A stretch of DNA of 34,009 nucleotides from a candidate division WOR-3 bacterium (GTDB lineage: Bacteria; Hydrothermota; Hydrothermia; JBDRYB01), in the NCBI GenBank assembly GCA_039803205.1, contig JBDRYB010000020.1, forward strand, positions 1 through 34,009. Direction: 5' to 3'. A program made the translations under genes and the position numbers. Below are positions 26,612-34,009 of this stretch, piece after piece (position 1 is the first letter of the stretch; every line of letters begins with the position of its first letter). The notes beneath the pieces are model-generated. The model did not search any database, was not told the origin of the DNA, and saw nothing but the letters and a program-made list of their open reading frames with translations.

Positions 26612-27895
26612 TCACGTGAAACGCTCACCCCTCGGCCCTTCTTTTATGTGCACATCAACCTGCGGGAACGGGATGGTTATTCCGTGCTCTTTCAGGGAAT
26701 CCCAAATGAGATAGCGGAGTTCTGTTCTCAGGCCGACCAACTGCCTCGCGCTGTCTATGTGAACCCAAACCGCAAGCGTAAAGTTCAGAGAGCTGTCCCC
26801 GAACCCGTCAAATATGACCTTTGGGAGGATCATGGTGTCCATCTTCTCCTCAAGGCGCTTTCCGGCCGCCAAAAGGGCCTTTTCAACCTCCCTTGGTTCG
26901 GATGAATACGAGACCGGGACAGGGACCGTTATCCTGACCAGGTCTCCATCCCTCGTGTAGTTGATGAGTTTTCCCTCAACGAGAGCGGAGTTGGGAATGA
27001 CCAGGGAGACATGGTTGAGGGTCTCAACAACAAAGCTCCTGAAACCGAGCTTCTTCACTGTTCCTATTTCCCCGTCTATCTCAACTATGTGGCCTGGCGC
27101 GAGGCTCTTCTCTCCGAGGAGTGCCATGCCAGCGAAGAAATCCAGAAAAAGCCTCTGGAGGCCGAAGCCAACGCCGACCCCTATGGCTCCAGCGAGTATC
27201 TGGAGGGTTGTGAGGTTCATTCCAACCGTGTCCAGTATGACGAATATCCCGAGGCCGAGTATAGCGTAAGTTACGAGCCTCGCTGGTATAGGGGAAACGG
27301 ATTCATCCCCAAGGGTCTTCGGCAGGAATCGCGATTCGAGAAGTCTCTCAATCCAGACAGCGAGCCTATAGAAGAGGAATATGAGGGCAGAGCCAACAAC
27401 AAGGCCGTAGACCGATATCTGGAATTCCCCGAACCCGAGATAGTGGGTCCTGGCGAAAGCAACCAGGGGCATGAGCATGTCAAGGGAGTGGAGGATCAGG
27501 AGCAGGGCCAAGAGGGGAAGAAGGATGAACCTGAACGCCTTCCTTGAAATGCTTGGCCTCGCGATGTGCCTCGTGAGGACAGAGAGGAAAGCGAAACCGA
27601 GGATTATCCAGAACAACTGCGTTATCTTAAGGAGAAGGTCCCTGGGCCAGCCAAAAGCCTTGAAAACCTCAAACGCGATATAGCCGCCAGAGAGGGTTAA
27701 TCCTGGAGAGATCAGGGCAAGCGAGAGCTCAGCGAGCGCGGAGAGGATGGGGTTCTTTGATGCGAGCCGCTTTCTCCTTTGTCTTGTCAATAAAGCCAGA
27801 ATAAAGTGTAGGCCAAGGCCTACTGCCAGGATCGCGGCCATAGTCCCTGTCTGGAGCCAGAAGGCTTGTGTCCCAAAATCCCGTATGAACCTCAT
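26612..27895 (-). CDS. mscS: MscS-family mechanosensitive channel with extra N-terminal TM helices
   Basis: GAIGVGVGFGLQ, IPNS, NYT, FGDSSLNF, GITIPFPQVDVH; ATG 27895 lies 6 nt after TATAAT. Confidence 0.9.
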   Translation of the reverse strand: MRFIRDFGTQAFWLQTGTMAAILAVGLGLHFILALLTRQRRKRLASKNPILSALAELSLALISPGLTLSGGYIAFEVFKAFGWPRDLLLKITQLFWIILGFAFLSVLTRHIARPSISRKAFRFILLPLLALLLILHSLDMLMPLVAFARTHYLGFGEFQISVYGLVVGSALIFLFYRLAVWIERLLESRFLPKTLGDESVSPIPARLVTYAILGLGIFVILDTVGMNLTTLQILAGAIGVGVGFGLQRLFLDFFAGMALLGEKSLAPGHIVEIDGEIGTVKKLGFRSFVVETLNHVSLVIPNSALVEGKLINYTRDGDLVRITVPVPVSYSSEPREVEKALLAAGKRLEEKMDTMILPKVIFDGFGDSSLNFTLAVWVHIDSARQLVGLRTELRYLIWDSLKEHGITIPFPQVDVHIKEGPRGERFT

Positions 27896-28174
27896 GGGGA
27901 AATTATAATGGTTGCCGGTTTCTCGTTGCTCATTCCTGATTAAAACCGGAGGCCCAACTGCGGCACAAAGTTGGACCCGAACAGGAGGTTTCGGAGCCCA
28001 GAAATCACAAGGAAAATCGTTCAAAAAGGGAATACAATTGGGTAAGGTGCCGAAAAGGTGCCATGCTTTATAATATTCGGGATAAAGAAGCCGGAGGTTT
28101 AGAAAATGGTTTGGCTTATGCTCATAGGAGCCTATGAGGCGGCTCTGCCGGAGGGCGGGGAGGAGGTCTGAGCT

Positions 28175-28984
28175 ATGAAAAAGGAAAGGGTAAAGAGATT
28201 AGCCCTCTGGGCGATCTGGGTTGGGCTATGGGTAGGGTTGGGGTTGTTTGGTTGCGAGGGTTTTGAACAGAACCCCAACCTAAGACTGCTCAAGAGCCGA
28301 TGGAAAGACGGTTATTACCTATTGTATCCTGTTTGGGCTGACAATGGAAAGATCTACTACTTATGCCGTTATTCTGAGGGTGATACCTTTCCTCCTGATC
28401 GCCGCTTTTTAGGTGCTCAGGCTTTTATGAGCATCTCACAAGATGGGGTCCACGATACGCTTCTACTTGGTGATACAGTCTTCTGGGAAAATCCAAGTCC
28501 GGGCAGGTTTTTCTCCCTCTCTTACCATAAGTCAACGGGACACATTGCTATCCTTCAAGTTGAGGGGCCTATCCTCATCTGGGATATCTGGAGGGATTCG
28601 GTAATTGACTCTGTGCCGAACCCTAAACACCTTGGACCAATAGTAAGGTGGCTTCCAGATGGCTCAGGTCTCCTTGTAGGTTTGGATTCGGTTTGGAGGA
28701 TTTCTATTGGAGACAGTGTCTACACATTTTACGGCACAGGTTCAGGACAGGGATTTGAAGTTAACCCTGATGGAACCCTCTACACAGAGGTCTATTGGCC
28801 CTCTTTTTGCCCAGAGGACTCCTCGGCTCTGGTTTGGAATAATTGGGGAGGTTCAGTTATTCTGCATAGTTATTCTCTTTTCCTTAGGACCCCTCATGGA
28901 GACGAGGACCTAAATGCTGGCCCCTACGAGAAGTCGTGGTTTTACCAATATGCTTCCTGGTCTCCTAATGGAGGGATGCACTGA
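28175..28984 (+). CDS. TolB/PD40-like beta-propeller lipoprotein, probably 3'-truncated
   Basis: GGAGG SD; lipobox LFG-C; YPVW..NGK, RWLPDGS and SWSPNG motifs; stops right after the last SWSPNG. Confidence 0.65.
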   Translation: MKKERVKRLALWAIWVGLWVGLGLFGCEGFEQNPNLRLLKSRWKDGYYLLYPVWADNGKIYYLCRYSEGDTFPPDRRFLGAQAFMSISQDGVHDTLLLGDTVFWENPSPGRFFSLSYHKSTGHIAILQVEGPILIWDIWRDSVIDSVPNPKHLGPIVRWLPDGSGLLVGLDSVWRISIGDSVYTFYGTGSGQGFEVNPDGTLYTEVYWPSFCPEDSSALVWNNWGGSVILHSYSLFLRTPHGDEDLNAGPYEKSWFYQYASWSPNGGMH

Positions 28985-29008
28985 GCTTTGGATACTGGAG
29001 GATGTAAG

Positions 29009-29170
29009 ATGAAAAAGCCTTTTGTTTTGCTGTTTCTTGTGGGAGTGCCCCTAGAGGCAAGCACAACCCCTCTCCTTGACAGGTTTTGAAGTTTCCTGGT
29101 CAGTTGAGGGCGAACCTCAGCTGGGAAACCCTGTGAATGTGATGATCTTTCTGGGGTTCTATTGCTCAGA
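29009..29170 (+). pseudogene. Frameshifted secreted-protein remnant
   Basis: GGAGGA SD and a signal-like start MKKPFVLLFLVGVPLEA that stops after 26 codons; a plausible continuation (LTGFEVSWSVEGEP) is in another frame and runs into IS-derived DNA. End approximate. Confidence 0.45.
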
Positions 29171-29337
29171 AACCCAACGGTATTTTCAGAGATGCAAACA
29201 ACACCTCCTCATAGAGATTTTCCGTTCCCAAACGCTCACTGGGGCTGGCCTTGCCAGGCTTACCGCTCACAGCAAGAACCAGAAACAGGGTCTCCCTAGG
29301 GGACGGACCCCTTGAACCACCAGAGGATGGGCAGAAT

Positions 29338-29370
29338 TCTGGGCGGGTGAAAACCGGGAGTCAAATCAGA
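29338..29370. mobile_element. Orphan terminal inverted repeat of the IS1380-like element
   Basis: Reverse complement tctgatttgactcccggttttcacccgcccaga matches 33618-33651 with 3 substitutions and 1 indel. Confidence 0.75.
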
Positions 29371-29374
29371 TGAT

Positions 29375-30976
29375 CTACCCTCTCTGATCCAGCGCGGCTC
29401 GGATGAATTCTCTGAATATTGGATGGGGGCGAAGGGGCCTCGATTTGAACTCAGGGTGGAACTGGGTCCCGATGAAGAAGGGATGATCCCTCAGCTCCAT
29501 TATCTCAACGAGGCGCCCGTCTGGTGAAAGCCCCGAGAAGACAGCGCCCGCTTTTACGAAGGCAGAAATGTAGTCCGGGTTAAACTCGTAGCGGTGCCTG
29601 TGTCGTTCGGATATGCTCTTTGCCCCGTAGATCCTGTGAGCGAGGGAACCATCCTGAAGCACGGCTGGATAAGCCCCGAGGCGGAGGGTTCCGCCCATTT
29701 CCTTGATCCCTCGCTTGTCTGGAAGTATGTCAATGACAGGGTGCGGGGTTTCGGGATTGAACTCTGTTGAATTGGCTCCAGAAAGCCCAAGGACATTCCT
29801 GGCAAACTCAACGCAAGCTACCTGCATTCCGAGGCATATCCCAAAGTATGGGATTCCCTTTTCCCTCGCGAAGCGAGCCGCGGCGAGCTTGCCCTCTATG
29901 CCGCGCTCTCCAAAACCTGGGGCTACCAGTATCCCATCCATTCCCGAGAGAACGCTTTGCGGCCCGGACCTCTCGATCTCGGATGACTCTATCATCCGGA
30001 CCTGGACCCTTGTCCTGTGATGCGCTCCCGCGTGCACGAAGGCCTCAAGGATTGATTTGTAGCTGTCCTTTACCCCGGTGTATTTGCCGACGAGTCCGAT
30101 ATTGACCTCGCGCTCAGGGTTCATTATCCTGTCCACGAGCTCCTTCCAAGCCCCCATGGTTATCTCCAGCTGCGGAGGGGTTAGCCTGAGAGCGTCCAGA
30201 ATGAAGTCATCCATTTCCTGCTGAAAGAGGTTGAGGGGGACCTGGTATATGGTTCTCACATCCGGGGCCTCAAGCACAGCCTCCTTTGCCACGCTAGTGA
30301 AAAGAGCTATCTTTTCTTTGGCTTCCTTGGAGAGGGGGTTTTCTGTCCTGCAAACGAGCATGTCCGGTTGGATGCCTATCTCCCTCAGCTTTTGGACGGA
30401 ATGCTGGGTGGGTTTTGTCTTCATCTCCTCTATTACCTTGATAAAGGGAACGAGGGTTACATGGATGAATAGCGCGCCGGAAGGCCCTTCCTCAAGCCTT
30501 ATCTGCCTTATTGCCTCAAGGAATGGGAGGCTCTCTATGTCACCGACCGTGCCGCCGACCTCAACGATGACTACATCTCGGTTGTCAGACAATGCCCTTA
30601 TTGCAGACTTTATCTCGTCCGTAAGGTGAGGAACCACCTGAACGGTCCCGCCAAGGTAATCCCCCCTGCGCTCCTTTTCAAGAACCCTGTGATAAACCTG
30701 ACCAGCCGTGAGGTTGTTGGCCCTAGTCATATCCTCATTGAGGAAGCGCTCGTAGTGGCCCAGGTCAAGGTCTGTCTCAGCGCCGTCGTCCGTGACGAAA
30801 ACCTCTCCGTGTTGGTATGGGTTCATGGTGCCAGGGTCCACATTCAGATAGGGATCCATTTTTAGGGCGGTAACCCTGAGCCCATGTTCCTTTAGGAGAA
30901 GCCCAACGGAGGAGGTTACTATCCCCTTTCCGAGGGAGGAAACGACTCCGCCCGTCACGAAAACGAATTTGGGCAC
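29375..30976 (-). CDS. pyrG: CTP synthase
   Basis: TGGVVSSLGKG, DPYLNVDPGTM, KTKPTQHS, GICLGMQ, ERHRHRYE, QFHPE. Confidence 0.98.
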   Translation of the reverse strand: MPKFVFVTGGVVSSLGKGIVTSSVGLLLKEHGLRVTALKMDPYLNVDPGTMNPYQHGEVFVTDDGAETDLDLGHYERFLNEDMTRANNLTAGQVYHRVLEKERRGDYLGGTVQVVPHLTDEIKSAIRALSDNRDVVIVEVGGTVGDIESLPFLEAIRQIRLEEGPSGALFIHVTLVPFIKVIEEMKTKPTQHSVQKLREIGIQPDMLVCRTENPLSKEAKEKIALFTSVAKEAVLEAPDVRTIYQVPLNLFQQEMDDFILDALRLTPPQLEITMGAWKELVDRIMNPEREVNIGLVGKYTGVKDSYKSILEAFVHAGAHHRTRVQVRMIESSEIERSGPQSVLSGMDGILVAPGFGERGIEGKLAAARFAREKGIPYFGICLGMQVACVEFARNVLGLSGANSTEFNPETPHPVIDILPDKRGIKEMGGTLRLGAYPAVLQDGSLAHRIYGAKSISERHRHRYEFNPDYISAFVKAGAVFSGLSPDGRLVEIMELRDHPFFIGTQFHPEFKSRPLRPHPIFREFIRAALDQRG

Positions 30977-30981
30977 GGAAA

Positions 30982-31011
30982 ATTATGGGGCAAGGTGTCA
31001 AGCTGGAGCAA
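30982..31011 (-). promoter_or_regulatory. Promoter TTGCTC-N18-CATAAT for pyrG
   Basis: GTG start 5 nt downstream, no SD. Confidence 0.55.
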
Positions 31012-31037
31012 GTAAGTGCCGGTCAAGGAGGGCGAGC

Positions 31038-31122
31038 CCTCACCCGACCCACTTTCAACCCCTTGTGAGTCCTTGCCGGGCAAAGACTTAGGCCGAAGTG
31101 CCGATGGCCCAAGAACTTAGCT
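31038..31122. repeat. 85-bp palindromic repeat, copy B
   Basis: 80/85 identical to 32701-32785. Confidence 0.9.
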
Positions 31123-31129
31123 AATCTAT

Positions 31130-31838
31130 CTGACCTTTACCCATTTCCTCACCTCTTGAAGATTTCATCAGGGTTATCCGTGCCCCACATGATAGCTCGC
31201 CAGAGCTTCTGTTTATCCACTCGTAATCGGCTCCTCATCCACGCTCACTGATACCATCAGCCACATGAGGCCTCTGGTTATGAGCTTCTTGCCTGGCCTG
31301 TGGTTCTTGAGCCCACTCCATGCTCCCAGTTTCGCTATGAGAAGGATCACCTTGTTATCGGCCTCAGCTCCCAGGGAGTAGATGTATCCTCCTGTGAGGG
31401 CCGTGATGGATGAGAGAGACTGTATGCTTTGCCAAGAGCGAACCTGGAAGCTATCTGAACCCAGGCACTCCTTCATGAACTTGAGGTAATCCTCAACTGC
31501 CCACCTCATAGAGTATATCTCGTATACCCTCATGGCCTCATCAGCATCCCTTACCCTCATGTCTGTTATCAGGATGAGGGGGTTTCTGAAGCACGAGAGA
31601 TGAGCCTTAACGAGGTTCAGAACCTTGTAGAAGCGCCTCTTGCACCTCCGAGGGGGAAAAAGAGGCCGGGGCCATGACCGAGAGCTTACTGCATTGGATT
31701 ACCCCTGAGACAGCATCCCTCACCATTGCATAACGCCTGCTATGTCCCAAGACTTCCATCAGTGGTGAAGGATATTCAAGGAGTCCTTCCATAGGAGACA
31801 GATTATGAGGATTAGGGAAAGTTTTGGGTAAGGGTCAG
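31130..31838 (-). mobile_element. Internally deleted IS4-family element (IS50/Tn5-like ends)
   Basis: TIRs CTGACCTTTACCCA (31130-31143) and CTGACCCTTACCCA (reverse complement, 31825-31838), 13/14 identical. C-terminal fragment with Y..RW..E...K signature (YSMRWAVEDYLK); N-terminal fragment at 31607-31792. No TSD visible. Confidence 0.85.
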
Positions 31839-32126
31839 CCACGTAAAATCAGTCCTTTCCGAACGCGGATCGCGCTTTTCCGCATAATAAAAGCAAACAT
31901 AAGGGCCTGCTCCTACAATTCTTGCCGGATAAGGGTTTGCGGGTTTCGGGGGTTTGTTTTTGGCCGAGGATTAACATACGGGTAGCAGGAGGTCTTTGCA
32001 CCCCCACAGGAGAATAATCCACACGGCCCCCCGAACAATAATTCCACGTTTGCCTTGGCCCGATTGAAAGTAAAAACTTTCTCTTCCCGGATACTGGGAT
32101 TTCCTTCTGTCCGGCCTTAGCCTTCT

Positions 32127-32630
32127 CTAGTGGCCGATCCTGGGCTTCTTGTCGTCGGGTTTGTTCTCGGCCGGTTTGATCTCGGTTCCCTCCGCGGGGT
32201 AACCCTTACTCATCCACAAAGTAGTGCCACCAATCAGGGCCTTCACGTTGGTGTAGCCCATGAGCCTCAGGGCGACCGTGGCCTGTGCCCCTGAGGCGCC
32301 CCAGAGACTCACCAGGACCACGTCCTTGTCCTTGGGGACCTTTGACAATATATCGGGGTTGGCCAGGTCGTTGATGGGTATGTTCTCCGAGCCGGGGATG
32401 TGCGCCTTCAGATAGTCTTCGGGTGTGCCCACGTCTATTATGACCACGGTTCCAGCGTCCAGCGCGGGCTTCAGCTCCTCCGGGAGCACCATGTTGCGGT
32501 TCACACCCAGTCCGCTCAGGTAGGCCGTGACCGCCTCCTTCACTATCGCGCCCTTATCAACCTCGGGGGCCTTTGACTGGCATCCTGCCAGCACTATCAG
32601 TCCCATGGCAGTGGCGAGTATCTTTTTCAT
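32127..32630 (-). CDS. Rhodanese-domain lipoprotein lacking the catalytic Cys (paralog of 17898-18419)
   Basis: Lipobox LAG-C; shared DKGAI..EAV..YL segment; HIPGSENIP; active-site loop VLVSLWGA. Confidence 0.85.
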   Translation of the reverse strand: MKKILATAMGLIVLAGCQSKAPEVDKGAIVKEAVTAYLSGLGVNRNMVLPEELKPALDAGTVVIIDVGTPEDYLKAHIPGSENIPINDLANPDILSKVPKDKDVVLVSLWGASGAQATVALRLMGYTNVKALIGGTTLWMSKGYPAEGTEIKPAENKPDDKKPRIGH

Positions 32631-32659
32631 CTTTAACTCCACGTTCAGGGGTTTCAGAC

Positions 32660-32689
32660 ATTATAAGCCAGGTGGTCGCGCGGGATCAA
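32660..32689 (-). promoter_or_regulatory. Promoter TTGATC-N18-TATAAT
   Basis: Plus-strand attata at 32660-32665 and gatcaa at 32684-32689. Confidence 0.65.
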
Positions 32690-32700
32690 CCACGCGCGTT

Positions 32701-32785
32701 CCTCACCCGCCTCACTTTCAACCCCTTCTGAGTCCTTGGCCGGCAAAGACTTAGGCCGAAGTGCCGATGGCCCAAGAACTTAGCT
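32701..32785. repeat. 85-bp palindromic repeat, copy C
   Basis: 80/85 identical to 31038-31122. Confidence 0.9.
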
Positions 32786-33042
32786 GAGCTAAAATGCGGA
32801 ATTCTCTGATTTTATCGCTAAGATCTGGATTGATGGTTTTTGGTTCCAAAGGCCAAAAATGCCGGTTTCCGGCCAAGCTAGGGCCAAAACAAGGGGAAAG
32901 TAGTATCAGAATGGCAGTAATAATCTACCAGTAGAATTATGCTATCGCTTATGTGGTGCGGGTTCTATGGCCTAATAAGGAAACCCAAAATTCAGGTGCA
33001 GGTAGTAGAAAAGTTGGCCCCTGAGCTGGCCTCAGAATAAAA

Positions 33043-33622
33043 TGTTCACCTCCATGAAGGAGTAAAGAGTAGGTGAACAAATGGAAATTATCCTTCACAG
33101 GATAAAGAAAGCTGAGGGCCTCGTGCAACTATACCTTGGTCAGATCCTCGGCTTAGCCCTTGATCTTCCTCATCATCCAAAACCCCCTTCTCAGCTAACC
33201 TCCCGGTCGAGAGAGCTGTGAAGAAGCTCAGGTAGCTCTTGGGACACAGCTTTATCTTGGTCGGTGATCGTGAATTCCCCTCTCAGAGGTTCAGACCCAA
33301 GCTCATGAAAGCAGGGATAGGTTATGTCCTGAGACTCAGACCTGTTAAGGCCTACAAGAAGAGGATGAGGATAGATGGCCTTTTTAGGGACCTCAGAGGC
33401 CTCTATGCCCTCATCAAGGGACTCCTCTCCCAGGATGATCCCCTGGTTAGAGAATTTCTGAGAGGCTACATAAGCCTTAATCTCATAGACCCATGTAGAT
33501 TGCGAGGAAACCCTGGCCAGGCCTTTAATCCGGGGAAGTATGGAATGTGTCAGGTGAAGCCTCTTTGCACTATGGATGATCTCTCGGGCCTTTCAACCCA
33601 TTTTCTGCGCAGGATCCCCTAA
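33043..33622 (+). pseudogene. Heavily deleted IS4-family transposase remnant
   Basis: ILVGDREF..GYVLRLR joined almost directly to YKKRMRIDGLFRD; upstream in-frame stop. Possible degenerate TIRs at 32784-32799 and 33597-33612. Confidence 0.65.
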
Positions 33623-34009
33623 TTTGACTCCCGGTTTTTCACCCACCCAGAGCCCTACTGGCCTCGCATTTGACACAGGCTTGATAATATGAGCCTATGA
33701 GAATCAACCATATCAATGAGATCAAGGAGCCAGTTCAGGCCTGGATGACCCCGAGGGAGGATGTGCTTTCTATCCCGAGGATGAGAACAGATAGACCAAC
33801 CCCATACAACACGGAGCTCAGATTTGACAGGGAAGACCTCACCAGAGCAGGGGGATACCCCCAGTTCGCATGGTTCTGCGACAGGTTCGGACTACCTCAG
33901 ATCCTGGAAAGGGTGAGGATAAAGAAGAGGAGAAGCGAGTATTCCGCTCTGGATCTGAACCTGTTCATGATAGACATGATAGTCCTCGGCATTGAGAGGA
34001 TAAGCCACC
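33618..34009 (+). mobile_element. IS1380-like element: left IR plus 5' part of transposase (ATG 33697, open to window end)
   Basis: IR begins CCTAATTTGACTCCC; translation ELRFDREDLTRAGG..FGLPQIL..KKRRSEYS..IVLGIERISH resembles IS1380-family N-termini. Confidence 0.75.

Noticed and set aside
32005..32050. DnaA box/oriC (taatccaca)
   Set aside because: A single one-mismatch box with no cluster and no dnaA nearby.
31038..32785. CRISPR array from the repeated palindromes
   Set aside because: Only dispersed copies kilobases apart, with no repeat-spacer periodicity and no cas genes.
29338..33651. A single transposon carrying pyrG
   Set aside because: The IRs belong to elements extending away from pyrG, so they do not bracket it as one element.

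Overview
This 34-kb bacterial window is moderately GC-rich, and its frequent AGG/ATA codons suggest a thermophile. Several secreted proteins carry T9SS type-A-like C-terminal domains, consistent with an FCB-group lineage such as candidate phylum WOR-3 (inference). Housekeeping genes are hbd, cdd, rlpA, apgM, a divergent aspartokinase, bioY, an Ldh_2 oxidoreductase with lhgO, fhs, mscS and pyrG, plus tRNA-Met(CAT) and tRNA-Ala(TGC). The window also holds many envelope/lipoprotein genes, a stand-alone DUF87/HerA-like ATPase, a metal permease-HMA fusion, a truncated peroxiredoxin, several decayed IS elements and the start of an IS1380-like element. No CRISPR array or rRNA was seen. The most notable signals are: (1) three lipoproteins (two Lpp-like coiled coils and one catalytically dead rhodanese) share a C-terminal K-x-V-K tail, a candidate envelope-anchoring signal; (2) promoters consistently have 18-bp spacers and many genes appear leaderless, which redefines several starts and points to a possible ATC start; (3) an 85-bp palindromic repeat sits between a host promoter and a decayed IS at three loci; (4) a tandem pair of CsgG/FlgT plus beta-barrel proteins; (5) a degenerate aspartokinase coupled to a LysW-like acidic zinc-ribbon protein.
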